Positions 27,138-40,182 of a DNA stretch of 64,000 bases are shown in pieces. The stretch's first letter is position 1. Every line of letters starts with the position of its first letter. The notes below the pieces were generated by a model. It was not told the origin of the DNA and did not search any database. It saw only the letters and a list, made by a program, of their open reading frames with translations. A program made the translations under genes and the position numbers. This stretch comes from Octopus bimaculoides (Eukaryota): contig NC_068988.1 in NCBI RefSeq assembly GCF_001194135.2, positions 9,037,687-9,101,686 of the forward strand, written 5' to 3'.

Positions 27138-27841
27138 CGTTGGGGTGAATTCCGGCGCTTTGTCCATTGCATTCATAATGCCATCGGAAATAACCCTGTC
27201 TATATTTTTCAGTACAGATTCCAAACCACTTGGTCCAACCATATAGCGAGTAAGTTGGCGCAACAACCGAACAATTTCGTCCCACTCATAGCTGACCTCC
27301 ATTTGTTTGCTGAAGCAACTGTGCATGACATCTTGGCAGAAATCCTTGCAAGGTTTCACACCGACATGGCCCTTGCATTGAGAACAGAACAACATCTGGG
27401 TAATTCCTTTCTTGCAAGTTTCTTCTGTATCCAGGTGGTTTGTTGCGTTTATGGTGTCAGAAACTACAGAAAGAGCATGAAGGTAGGATCTGGCAGCCCA
27501 CAGGACTGTGGAGAGCTCATGAGCCATTTTACGAGAGAAGGTACCAAACGGTTGTGGGTGCAAATGACGACGCAACTTGATGAGGCAATCGTTGAGTGAT
27601 TCTTTGTAGTTGGTCACCGTTGGATCATTGACAGCATATCGGAAAACAAGAGGCAAGAGCTGGTCGAAGAATTCGTTTACAATGATGGGAATTTCAACTT
27701 GTCCCTGCTTCACGTAATCAAACAAACTTGCAAAGAGCTTGTTCACTGGTTTGTGGTGCTCACTCCAGGGAATTCGATATATCTCACTCAAGTGACCCAT
27801 GGTATTCTTTTCTGAATTTTTAATCAGGGCCAAAACATCAT
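27138..27841 (-). CDS. GPC3/5: Internal coding exon (704 nt, phase 1 to phase 0) of a glypican, GPC3/GPC5/Dally subfamily
   Basis: Open frame (D)DVLALIKNSEKNT...FFDQLLPLVF...NDCL...QPFG...AARSYLHAL...INATNHL...CKKGITQMLFCSQCKG...KPCKDFCQDVMHSCF...IMNAMDKAPEFTPT. It has the seven glypican core Cys and motifs matching GPC3/5 exon 3 (FFDSLFPLV, PFG, INTTDHL, CPHCQG, KPCxGYCxNVMxGC). It is bounded by ttttcttttcttcaacag| and ACG|gtaagt. Subfamily call is from recalled sequences. Confidence 0.95.
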
Positions 27842-27870
27842 CTGTTGAAGAAAAGAAAAAAAAATATTTA
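27842..27870 (-). promoter_or_regulatory. 3' splice acceptor with polypyrimidine tract of the glypican exon
   Basis: Minus strand reads tttttttttcttttcttcaacag|ATGATGTT. Confidence 0.9.
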
Positions 27871-28617
27871 GAATAATAAAAATGAAAATTTTGTGTCAAG
27901 GGAGAGTATTTATCCCAATATAATTTAACACATGCACTGGTATAAACAAAATTTGTTTCAACACACAAATTCACATAAAGAATCTTGCAAACCAAATACA
28001 AAAACAAAGATAAAATATAGCACTTTTAAATAAAACACAAACATACGTGAAATCGTGATGGCACCTGTGCCCAGTGTTGCCTTCCTGGCACGTGTAAAGA
28101 CATTCGAGTCAGATCATTGCCAGTGCAGGTGGCACATAAAATACACCATTTTGAGCATGGCTGTTGCCAGTACCGCCTGACTGGCCTTCGTACCGGTGGC
28201 ATGTAAAAGCACCCACAACACTCTCGAAGTGGTTGGCATTAGGAAGGGCATCCAGCTGTAGAAACTCTGCCAAATCAGATTGGAGCCTGGTGTAGCCATC
28301 TGGTTCACCAGTCCTCAGTCAAATGCTAGCATGGAAAGCAGACGTTAAACGATGATGATGATGAAAGAATTAAAAAAAAAAACCGTCTTCCAGCAAGATT
28401 TGAACTTGGCATGCAAAGGTTGGCAACTAACTAGTGTAAAATATTTAATGTCAATGTTGTATCATCTCTGCCCTCTTGTAGTAATGCATTAAGCGTAATG
28501 CTGTAAAGACTGAAACGAAAATCAATGCACAACTGCATTTGCCAGTCCTTATATCAATAGTATCACCCTGCAGACTTTCAATAATGGTTCAAAAGACTTT
28601 CGGAAATATGAAATATC

Positions 28618-28648
<31 letters not shown>

Positions 28649-28919
28649 ATGTATACACACACACACATACACATATATACACACAAACACATATATATAT
28701 ACTTTGATACATATGTACACATACCCAATATATGTGTATATATATACGCACACATACCCATGCATACATATACACATTCATACATATGTAAACATGTCCT
28801 TATATATGCATACAAACCCATAAATACACATATATCTACATACATACATCAATATCTATGTAGATCTATCTTTTTATACACACACACACACACACATTCA
28901 CAACATATGTAAACATACC

Positions 28920-28953
<34 letters not shown>

Positions 28954-30149
28954 CATGTGCATACATACCTCTACATACACACATATCTATATACATACAT
29001 GCATACATCAATATCTATGTATAGCTGACTTTTTATGCACACACACACACACACACATATATATGTATATGCAACTTTCTTTCTCTTTACACACACACAT
29101 ATACACACATTCATACATATATCAATATCTATCTTTTTATACACAGACACACACACTCATATATATGTGAAAGATGCATATACACATATATATATATATG
29201 TATATATATATATGTGTATATGCATCTTTCTCTCTTTTTATACACACACACACAGGTATGTATATCCATATATATATATATGCAATCTATCTATGAGAGA
29301 GTGAAGAGAAATGAAAAAAAAAGAATAAATAAAATAAAAAACTCAAATAAAACCAATATGAAGTTTTGTCCAATGGAACCTTTATTGAATAAAAGAAGTG
29401 AATAGTTTTTATTGTTGGTCGGTTGTGCCAATATAGTAGTACCAAGAAATAAAAGAAAAATAAACAAAGAGTGCCAATATGTTACCAAAAAAAAAAGAAA
29501 AAAAGAATCATGATTGAGGTTAAAGAACTTTCATGATGATTTCTTTCAATAACGAAGATTAATTTCTATAAAGGAAGAAGAGTTCTGACTTTATAGATAT
29601 TGCCCCTCCACCCTGAGTCAGAGAAGAATAAAATAAAATATTAAAAAAAAAGGAATGGTTAAGAAAGAAATGGTTGTGGCACTGTGTCGTTCAGCGATGA
29701 AAATCCAGTTTCTTAATCAATTAAATTGCCAATATATAAATGCAGGGTAGCCATGTATATTCGTTAAAGCGATACACTTCTGCTAGTTCTTGGCATAAAA
29801 ATTACTTTTCCACTGTCTCAGCTACCCACACATAGTCATGGGTAATTTTTCCCCCTTTTCTTGTTCTTCTGTCTTGCATGTTGCTTGGTGACCTCACTAG
29901 TGCTGGTGCCACAGGGAAAGCACCCGAAACACTCAGTAGACCGGTTGGTGCTGGGGGAGTAGGCATCAAGCCATACAAGTTATACCAAAGCTGACTTTGG
30001 GGTTTGATGCAACCCTGGGGTTCATTAGATCCCATCAAACTGTCCAACACATGTGAGTGGATATCATCATCATTTAACATCTGTTGTCCATGCTGGCATG
30101 GGTTAGACGGTTTGACCAGGGCTGGCAAGCTGCACCAGGCTCTGATTTA

Positions 30150-30193
30150 AGAGAAGGAAACTGAAAGAAGCCTGTCGCATGTATACATATATC

Positions 30194-30230
<37 letters not shown>

Positions 30231-30373
30231 CAGTGTGTGTCTCTCATCACTGCTTTACAACTGAAGTTGGTGTTTTTCTCCATGTCACTTAGCGGTTCAG
30301 CAAAAGAGACTGACAGAATAAGTACCAGACTTGATATAAAAACAAGTACTGGTGTTGACCCCATTTTGGCAAA
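30150..30373 (+). mobile_element. SINE AB, partial (end of A, (TG)n, start of B)
   Basis: ggaaactgaaagaagcctgtcg...(tg)n...cttagcggttcagcaaaagagac; runs into a gap. Confidence 0.75.
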
Positions 30374-30997
30374 NNNNNNNNNNNNNNNNNNNNNNNNNNN
30401 NNNNNNNNNNNNNNNNNNNNNNNNNNNNNNNNNNNNNNNNNNNNNNNNNNNNNNNNNNNNNNNNNNNNNNNNNNNNNNNNNNNNNNNNNNNNNNNNNNNN
30501 NNNNNNNNNNNNNNNNNNNNNNNNNNNNNNNNNNNNNNNNNNNNNNNNNNNNNNNNNNNNNNNNNNNNNNNNGTTTTAACTATGTGGCGCAGAAGATCTG
30601 AAGAACACAGCAGAGATTCGGTGATGCTGTTTATGTGGGAAAATCCTCTTCTTGGAAGAGGAAGCTTATTACACTACTTCTCAATTCATCCTTTGAAGGT
30701 CAGTGCTGTTAATTTGGTTCCAACTTTAGAGTTGGAAGATTAAAAACCATTTCTCTGTTAGGAAATGAAAAAAAAAGAAGCAAAAACAAAAACAAAAAAA
30801 AACAAACAAACAAACAACAGAAATCCATGACTATTTCACATGGGATTTGAAGAATGTAAAACTGAAAATGGTAAACATGAAGTAAGGCTGGGTTCTGCAA
30901 GATGTAAATTATGATTTACATGTGTAGTACTATGCATGAATGCATGCACATGTAATATATATGCAACTGTGTGTGCATGTGCACATGTATGTATGTG

Positions 30998-31035
<38 letters not shown>

Positions 31036-31372
31036 TATATACGTATGTTTGATATCTACAGTGTATGTAATGTTAATATATAACAGTATGTAGTTGTTGC
31101 ATAGACACAATTGCTCCTAATACACACACATACAAAGCGTGTGTGTGTGTGTGCATAAATATGTATGTATGTATAGGCAATTCAAATAAACAAAAAAAAT
31201 ATTTAAAAAAAACAGAGTACAAAATGGACATGGAGAATTGCACAAGAAATATATTAATTTGATGCTCGGTGAAAGGAGAGAGAGTTGTTAATGTTTCGAG
31301 CACATCTCTTTGTCGGAAAGAGAAAAGCCCAAAGAAAAATAAGGAAAAATAAGGTAAAATCACCAACAATCT

Positions 31373-31461
<89 letters not shown>

Positions 31462-31704
31462 AGTACAGAAAGAGAGAGGGTAGGTTGGAGGGAGGGAGAG
31501 TGAGAGACAAACAGACAGACATGCTCACAATATGCTATCACGTTCCCTAGTCTTTGAAATCAGACACTTGAAGGTTACAATAAATGTCTTTCAATATCTC
31601 CTCCCCTCTCAGAATTCTCACGTAATAGCATGCATGCACCCAAACACCAATTTGGTTTTTGCACACATATTAGGACATGGTGCTGTCTTTTTCTGTGTTT
31701 CTTG

Positions 31705-31740
<36 letters not shown>

Positions 31741-32714
31741 GGAATTTGTTTCTAGTTTGTTTGGATTGACAACCAGCCAAGAAAATAAATAAATAAAAGA
31801 CACAAATAAACAAACAAAAAGAAAAAAGCCACAGAAAATAAATCCCAGTAATGTACTAACGAGTTCCCGCAAGAACCTTTTCTAATGCAGCCAACCTTCT
31901 GCTAACAAGGTGAATGCTGACAGAAAGAGCGAGCATTGGTAAAAACTGGTGATGCTTTTGTCATTAGGTGAAGACTAACAACGGGTGTCACCAATGTGGT
32001 TGTATGCTTGTGGCTGCTTCTGTTCAGCTGCACAATCATCATCATCATCATTTAGCATCTGTTTTCCATGCTGGTATGGGTTAGACGGCTCGGCTGGAAC
32101 TGGTAAGCCAAGGAGTTATACCAGGCTCCAGTCTTGATTTCAGATTAGATTCTACAGTTGGATGGCCTTCTTATTGCCAACCACTCTACAGAGTGTACTG
32201 GGTGCCTTTTAAGTGCCACCAAGCACAGGTGCCGTTTACGCACTGCCATCACAGCAGCCTTTTATGTGACGCTGTCACCGTCATGGGTGCTTTTTATGTG
32301 TCACCACATCTAAAACCACCCCAACCACTGCCACCACCACCAACAACAACACTATCATCATACACCTTCCCACATTCACGAAACCATCTTATCTCCCTCC
32401 AAACCATCTTATTTCCCTCCAGATCCTCTCTCCACTAACACTACAGCTGTTACTACTACTAAGACTACGATTTCATTTGGCCTGATAAGTCTTCTTAAGC
32501 ACAGCAAACTGCCAAAAGTCTTTGACATCATTTGATATCGCCTCCATGCAACCCAACATCGAAAGATCATGATTCATCACCTTATCCTATGTTTTCCTGG
32601 GTCCTACCTCTTTCACAGCACCCCCCCCCCGTTAGGGCTCAGTTGCATAAGAAATAAAAAAATATTTAATGTTGGCTTTTTACAATGAACAAGTAGCTTG
32701 CTTACCAACCACAT

Positions 32715-32753
<39 letters not shown>

Positions 32754-32786
32754 ATAATGATGATGATGATAATAATAATAATGATA

Positions 32787-32995
32787 ATTCTTTCTACTTA
32801 AAGGCACAAGGGCCTGAAATTTGGGGGCAGGGGGTAAGTTGATTACATTGACCCCAGTGTATAACTGGTACTTGTTTTATCGACCCTGAAAGGAATGAAA
32901 GTAAAACTGATCCTGGTGGAATTTGAATTCAGAACATAAGAACGGATGAAATGCCAGAAAGCATTTTGCCCACGGGCCAACGACTCTGCAACCTT
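32787..32995 (-). mobile_element. SINE D
   Basis: Full length, between (TAA)/(TAG) repeats. Confidence 0.85.
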
Positions 32996-32999
32996 AATA

Positions 33000-33178
33000 G
33001 TAGTAGTAGTAGTAGTAGTAACAACTAGAAAAACAACACCAGCAAACAAAACAACCGTATAACAAGAAATAATATTAATAGTAGTATTAGTATTAGTAGT
33101 AATAGTAGTAGTAGTAATAATAACAGCAACTAAAAAACAACACCAGCAAAGAAAACAAACGTATAACAACAAGAAATG

Positions 33179-33232
<54 letters not shown>

Positions 33233-33289
33233 CCAACTAGAAAAACAACACCAGCAAAGAAAACAAAAGTATAACAAGAAATGATGATG

Positions 33290-33338
<49 letters not shown>

Positions 33339-33340
33339 TA
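33000..33340. repeat. Three-unit repeat of about 106 bp: about 50-bp core alternating with trinucleotide microsatellite
   Basis: caacta.aaaaacaacaccagcaaa.aaaacaa..gtataacaagaaat at 33022, 33127 and 33234. Confidence 0.85.
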
Positions 33341-34419
33341 AGGGTAACACCATAGTATTAGATGGTGATAGAACAGGCTAGATACAGACTGATATATTTG
33401 CTGCATTTGATATTAGTAAAGAAACAAATAAATATAGAATTAGACAAAACTAAATGCAGAATGAGAGACAAACAAACAAACAAACAAGAAAAAAAAACCC
33501 CAAGAAGGAATCATATCCATCCGATACAAAATTAGACCCAACCAGGTACGATAGCAATCATTATTAAATAAATCCTGCAAATATCGGCAGAGTTAGACAA
33601 AAACTAAACGCAATGTTAGGTGAAGAAAACGAACCACTATAGAAAGCAACTGGAGAGAACTGGCTAAATATAACATTAGACATTTGCTAATTGTAATGTT
33701 AGACAGGGCTGCAGTAAAGATAAGGTTTATTTTGTGAGCACATAAACAAAACTAGGTGGCCGGGTGATAAACAGATATCGCATTTTTGTGTTTGATATGT
33801 GTGTATCAAAAGATATCTAAGACAGATCTTCAATGTTTAGTACCATTAAAGAGATTTAGAGATTGCTTTTATATATATATGTATGTGTATATGCATATAT
33901 ACACATACATGCACACACATGCATGGATACACATATATACACACACAAATATCTACATACACTTATCTATACATATATATGCATGTATATACACACACAC
34001 TACATATATACACATATATACAGACACGTGTATATATATATATATATATATATATANNNNNNNNNNGACTTTTTTAAATTGAAACTGAAAGTTTGACTCA
34101 CAAATCAAGTCTCAAGTAATCTTCAAGCAAAATATTTGGTTTCACCTGAAGATCACTCTGGCCTGAAACTTTCATGTTCAAAAAAACTATACATATAAAA
34201 CACCATTTTGAGTGTGGCCGTTGCCAGTACCTCCTGACTGGCCTTCGTGCTGGTGGCGCATAAAGGCCCCCACTACACTCTTGGAGTGGTTGGCGTTAGG
34301 AAGGGCATCCAGCTGTAGAAACTCTGCCAAATCAGATTGGAGCCTGGTGTAGCCATCTGGTTCACCAGTCCTCAGTCAAATCCGCCAACCCATGCTAGCA
34401 TGGAAAGCAGACGTTAAAC

Positions 34420-34459
<40 letters not shown>

Positions 34460-34980
34460 TGTACAGATTCCAACTGTCTGTTGTGGCGTGGTTTCTATGG
34501 CTTGATGCCGTTCTCAATTCCAACCACAGAGTGTGCTAGGTGCTTTTTATGCCCCACTGGCATGGTTCCGGGTTCAGTTCCACTGCATGGTACCTTGGGT
34601 AAGTGTCTTCTACTATAGCCCTGGGCCAGCCAAAGCCTCGTGAGTGCATTTGGTAGATGGAAGCTGAAAAAGCCCATCGTGTGTGTATGTTTGTGTGCAA
34701 CTCCATGTCCTGACATCAAGTGGTAATTGTGAGTGTTACTGTGAAATTCATTTTCAATCGCTTACAGAAAAAAAAAATGTCCATTAAGAAGAAAATATAG
34801 TCTAGATTGGAAACAAATGAGATTGGTGGCAGGAAAGATATCTGGCTGTAGAAAATCTTGCTCTATGAATTCTGTTCAGCTCATAGGATGAGAACATACT
34901 TTTGTTACAGTTAGCAATCAATCACTGGTAATTTTTTTTTTTTGTAATTCATTGATAGTTAAACAGTAATAGTGTTATTG

Positions 34981-35029
<49 letters not shown>

Positions 35030-35809
35030 AATTCATTGATAGTGAAACAGTAATAATGTTATTGATAATATACATATTTTTTGCAGACATACAAATGAGA
35101 AATTTGTTTTATTTAATTTCACTTTAATGTAATAAATATTTTTATTTTATTTAAAAAAAAAAAAATTAACATTTCCTTTATTTTTCTGTATAAAGCACCA
35201 CAAAATTTGCATGGAAGAACGATTATAATTATTGTATTTATGTAACATTAGTAGATATTACCTACAACGGTATAAGTATATACTCGATACCATCTACCCT
35301 ATGATGAGTAAAACTAGTTTTTAAATAATAAAAAAAAAAACACGAATATTGTAGTAGAGAAAGAAGCCTTCTAACAGCAAAAGTACAAGCTGCCAACCAA
35401 CCAGACAAACAGACAGACAGACAGCCAGCCAACCATCCTTGATTTTTAATTGAAGCCAAGTTCCACAAAATGTATTTAATATTTTTGTGAAAAGCATAAA
35501 TGTCAGACAATCTTATTTCTCACTTCACTTCCAGAAATCTCTGTTATTGTGACTAAAGTGATGATGATGATGATGATAACAGTGATGATGATGATGATAA
35601 TGATAATAACAACAACTATTATTGTTACTATTTCTCTTATTACTATTACTGCTTCTATTATTATTATTGATTTCTATAGAAATTACATAAGATTGCAGTC
35701 AATTAAATTGATTCAGAATTTGATTTGCCTGTCTTTTATGACCACCACTCCTAAAGGGTTAGAAGACAAAAGTTGACATCTGTCAACCCCAGCACACTTA
35801 CACATTCAT

Positions 35810-36170
35810 AATAATAATAATAATAATTTATTGACCACAAGTGCAGCGTAAATATTGACAAGAATACAAAATCAAGACAGTGGGGAACAACTCTGAATTT
35901 TTTGACATATTGTTACTGTTTACATGCTTCTGATAAATTCCCCAGCAGGGGTAAAACCCCATGCAGGGGCAACCAAGGAGCCCCACTGATTTCATGCCAT
36001 ACTTACTACTCATCAGGAGTACAGCGACAGGTGCTCTTACCTCCTCTGTAATCCTCAGCCTACAGACCCCAGCCTAGAGTAGGGCCACTCACTCACTCAT
36101 AGTTGCCACATTCACCCACCTTTCAGCAAATTTACTTGAGGCTACATATCTCTGTTAACCCATACCTTTT
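35810..36170 (-). mobile_element. Tx1-type LINE 3' fragment (ORF2 end plus UTR)
   Basis: Minus strand SSKFAERWVNVATM (ORF2-end-like), then UTR ending cttgtggtcaataaa(tta)n; shares ggggcaaccaagga with 13945. Confidence 0.6.
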
Positions 36171-36177
36171 AATAATG

Positions 36178-36207
<30 letters not shown>

Positions 36208-36208
<1 letters not shown>

Positions 36209-36752
36209 AGGCACAAGGCCTGAAATTTGGGTGAGAGGAGGCTAGTCAATTACATGAACCCCAGTTACTTAATTTATCAACCCTGAAAGGATGAAAGGCA
36301 AAGTCGACCTTGGTGGAATTTGAACTCAGAACATAAAGACAGACGAAATACCGCTAAGCATTTTACCCGGAGTGCTAATGTTTCTGCCAGCTCACCATCT
36401 TAATAACAACAACAACAACAATATTTGTTTGACTACAGGTGGTGCTCCAGCATGCCTACAGACAAATGACTGAAACAAGTAAAAGAATAAAAGAAATGCG
36501 GGTCGGAGAAGTTTGAGTCCTAATTTCCAACGAACTTGGATTATGGTGAAGAAGGGATGCATTGGTTAGACAATGCAGATATTAGGTCCAAATTTTGGCT
36601 CAAAGCCAGAAAGTTAAGGGGACGAGGTAAATTGATTACACTGACCCAGGGCTCAACTGGTACTTATTCTATCAACCCTGAAAGGGGTGAAAGGCGAAGT
36701 CAAGCTTGGTGGAATTTGAACTCAGAACATGTTTTGCCAGATTGCTGCCTTA
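36208..36752 (-). mobile_element. Two SINE D copies (36208-36401, 36583-36752)
   Basis: D motifs, flanked by (aat)n and (aac)n. Confidence 0.85.
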
Positions 36753-37984
36753 GATAATGTAGATATTAAAGTTGGGATGGCCATAACTGGAACATGTATG
36801 ATCATGGGTTTTTGCATGATCAGAGTTGATTTGGAGATGAAGAATAACAACAACAACAACAACAACACTAATGATACCGAACACATATCTCCAACGACAT
36901 GACAAGAACAACGCAAAAACGTATGAGCAAAAACAATAACAACAATAAAAAATGTAACAAGAAGAAGAAATAATGAAAAGTGCAACAAATTGAAATCTGT
37001 TTAATTCTAATAATGGTAAACAGAACAAAAGGAAGAATAATTTGGAATGACTAAAATATTAAACGCTAATTTAGATCACATGACAGAACCATGATTTTGT
37101 TTAGAAACAAAGAGAGGGCAATTTAGAAGGTGAGGAGCTGGGGTTGGCAAAGAAATTCCCTTATTCTATGCCAAGTTTTTTTCAAAAAAAAAAAAGGGAC
37201 AATTCTTCTAAACATTTTGTTAGTCACTTGACAATAAGGGGCAAAGATTTACTCCTAAAGTAGAATTAATTTCAAGGATGAGTAAATAAATAGTTGGTTT
37301 AGAGTTGAAATAGAAGCGTTGTCGTGAAAAATAAGAAAATAAACAACGGAAATAAAGAACATGAAAAAAAAAAAAAGGAAAATTGCAACAGAATAAAACC
37401 AAACAGATCAAAGTATCTAAAAAAATAATCTAGCACCCATCATTTTTCTCTTCATAGTTGCTCTTAAACATTAAAATATTCGCTAAAATACATTGGAATT
37501 ATTTCCATCATAATTGACAAATGCCTTGAATTTGGGAAGAATTTGTGATTTGATGTTTTAGTAATAGATCTTGATACTCTAAGGAAATGGGAGATGCCTG
37601 TTCACCTGCAAGAAATCTTTTGCATTTATTTGAAACGAAAAAACAAAGCAAAAAAGTAAAAAAAATGTGGGGGAAGTGAAAGAAAACAATTAAAAGTCTG
37701 AAAAGAAATTAGGAGAATGTAGTGAATGGCGTAGTTTTGTCTTGGAGCAAAACAATGCCGCTTTACCAAAGTTTACTAGTACAGCTTTGCTTTTGAATTT
37801 AGAAGATAATATGATGGAATGAAGGTTAGAATTGTATATTGGAACAGATAATGGTAACAGACTTGTATAAGAGGTTTGGTATGTAGAAACATGAGCAATG
37901 CAGCAGGTAGGAGAATATTCACAGGTATAAGAAAATGATACTACAATACAATGAGTACTAACAGAATTGAGGATATCATCGTTC

Positions 37985-38180
37985 TTGTATTTGTTTCAGT
38001 CATTTGCCTGCAGCCATGCTGGAGCATCACCTTTGGTCGAGCAAATCAACCCCAGGACTTATTCTTTGTAAGCCTAGTACTTATTCTCTCGGTCTCTCTC
38101 TTGCCGAACCGCTAAGTGACAAAGACGTAAACACACCAGCATCAGTTGTCAAGTGATGTTGGGGGGACGAACACAGACAC
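37985..38180 (-). mobile_element. SINE AB, B module
   Basis: Similarity to other B copies. Confidence 0.85.
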
Positions 38181-38220
38181 ACACACATACACACACATGC
38201 TCACTTATTCGTATCTTTAC

Positions 38221-38865
38221 TTCATTGGACACTAAAAACTCAGCTTGCGAAGACCTGTTGAGGCAAGTGAATTTGCAATTTGAAATCTGATATCGAAATT
38301 GAACCGAATCCGATGACTGGCACTCATGCCAACCTCTCCTTTCATTGGACACTGAACTCTACTTGCGAAGACCTGTTGGGGCAAGTGAAATCGAAATCGT
38401 AATTGAACGATACTCGATGACTGGCACCTGCGCCAGTGGAGCACTAACAGCACTGTCTGAGCATGTTCATTGCCAGAGCAGCTGTCTGGCTTCCGTGCTA
38501 GTGGCCCATTTGAGTGTAATCATTACCAGTGTCGCCTTCTAGCACTTGTGCTGGTGGCACATTAGAAAATAATTGGAGCAAGGTCATTGCCAGTGCCGCT
38601 GGACTGGCTCCCTTGCAGGTGACATGTAAAAAACACCTTTTTGAGCGTGTCTGTTGCCAGTACCGTGTGACTGGCCCTTGTGCCAGTGGCACGTAAAAGC
38701 ACCCACTACACTCTCGGAGTGGTTGGCATTAGGAAGGGCATCCAGCTGGAGAAACTCTGCCAAATCAGATTGGAGCCTGGTGCAGCCTTCTGGCTTGCAA
38801 GTCCTCAGTCAAATCATCCAACCCAAGCTAGCATGGAAAATGGACGTTAAATGATGATGATGAAG
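38221..38865 (+). mobile_element. Retroposon C, longest copy ((GAT)n-tailed, no ORF, probably RTE-mobilised)
   Basis: ...gcacgtaaaagcacccactacactctcggagtggttggcattaggaagggcatccagctg...ccaaccc..gctagcatggaaa.tggacgttaaa(tga)n. Confidence 0.8.
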
Positions 38866-39707
38866 AAGAACATTAAATGGTGGTAGTAATGATGATGATG
38901 ATGTTGTTGGTTAGACACTAAAATGCACTCCTTTGCTTTTGGTTATATTGGAGCTAAGAAGATAACGGTCGTAAGTTCAATCTGGGATCAGGGCACCAAA
39001 AGACGAAAAAGAATAAAAACAGACAAAGAGAGTTTTCTTGTCAACAGTATTAAACAAGATCAAACCTTCTTCCCATGAATAAAATTGAACAGATTAAGAC
39101 TTAATCCTAGATAATCTCAGTGGAAATATTACTCTGTCATATAGGTGAAGTTTAAAGGATCGGAGTTTTGATTTTATGATTAAAAATACCAAAAACAAAA
39201 AGAAAAAAAAAGACTGTGGTTGCCATCTTGTTTGCAATAAATGACCTATTTTAGTATGGCAGCAAACTTCTGTCTGATACCATGACAACACCACTTGCAT
39301 TACCATCAGTTTGACATTTTTTAATATTTTTTTTGTTGTTATTTATTTTTTCCAGTAGAATCACGAGAAAGAAATATGATATTTTGGCAATGACGCCATG
39401 GAACATTCAATATAGACCAAATAAAAAGCACTTGAAGACAGACGGATCTAAGCTAAATTCAAGTTGCCATTGTTTGAACACAATCTCCACTCCTTTCTTC
39501 CTGCAATTCATGTCACATGTTACTTTGATTTGGATTTTCTTGTATTACAGTCATCCAATTCCATGCATTTCCCTGTCTCTGTTTAAATCAAAACTTGTGA
39601 TTTTTGTGATAAAGGATTATAAAAAATTCCAAATAACTGTGGCACCGTAGGTTTAAAGTTTCTACACATTACCACTTTAACTTAGCAAAAACTATATTCC
39701 ACATATA

Positions 39708-40086
39708 CACTGGGTGTTCAAAAAGTCTCTCAGCAGTGAATATTTTGGTGAACGGATTATTTCAGAGGGACTTTGGCCACCTCCAGATTTTTTTTCTGGG
39801 GAGCAAGTAAAGGATCAGTGTACAAGAATCGGCCGAAAACCATTAATGAGCTAAAAGACGCAATCACACAGTCTATAACACGTCAGACTCTCCAAGACGT
39901 ATTTCAAAACATGTGCCAAAGAGTCAACTTATGTATTGAAAATGACGGACGACACTTTCAACAATTCTTACAAAGTTTTTTAAAGTCTTGTAAAGTCTAA
40001 TATATTCTTTTGTAGTCTTATACCATCTTTTAAATATTTATTTTGCAATAAAATGCTTACTGTGGAGAGAGTTTTTGAACACCCTG
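39708..40086 (+). mobile_element. Tc1/mariner-superfamily (DDD-type) internal-deletion derivative, about 380 bp
   Basis: TA-flanked TIRs CACTGGGTGTTCAAAAAGTCTCTC (39708-39731) and the reverse complement CAGGGTGTTCAAAAACTCTCTC (40065-40086). The interior encodes a transposase C-terminus, EYFGERIISEGLWPP-PDFF/FWGA.KGSVYKNRPKTINELKDAI...QRVNLCIENDGRHFQQFL, with a frameshift. Confidence 0.9.
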
Positions 40087-40182
40087 TATACACACACACA
40101 TACACATATATTCTAAATGCAATGCACAAACATATATGCATGCATGCACACGCATACAAGGAACTAGAAATAAAAACTTATA

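Noticed and set aside
27102-27599. 165-aa plus-strand ORF
   Set aside because: Antisense shadow of the glypican exon
27842-28007. N-terminal extension of the 305-aa ORF (MFLYLV...FFFFSST), and its tail VSFTMFF... at 27090-27137
   Set aside because: Intronic read-through outside the AG and GT sites; no glypican similarity
29291-29488. Signal-peptide-like MVTYWHSLFIFLLFLGTTILAQP as a possible glypican exon 1
   Set aside because: Starts at TTG, its hydrophobicity comes from T-runs, it has no donor or conserved Cys, and exon 2 is missing between it and exon 3
33000-33340. Repeat-spacer pattern resembling CRISPR
   Set aside because: Eukaryotic context, spacers are microsatellites, repeats are too long, and there are no cas genes
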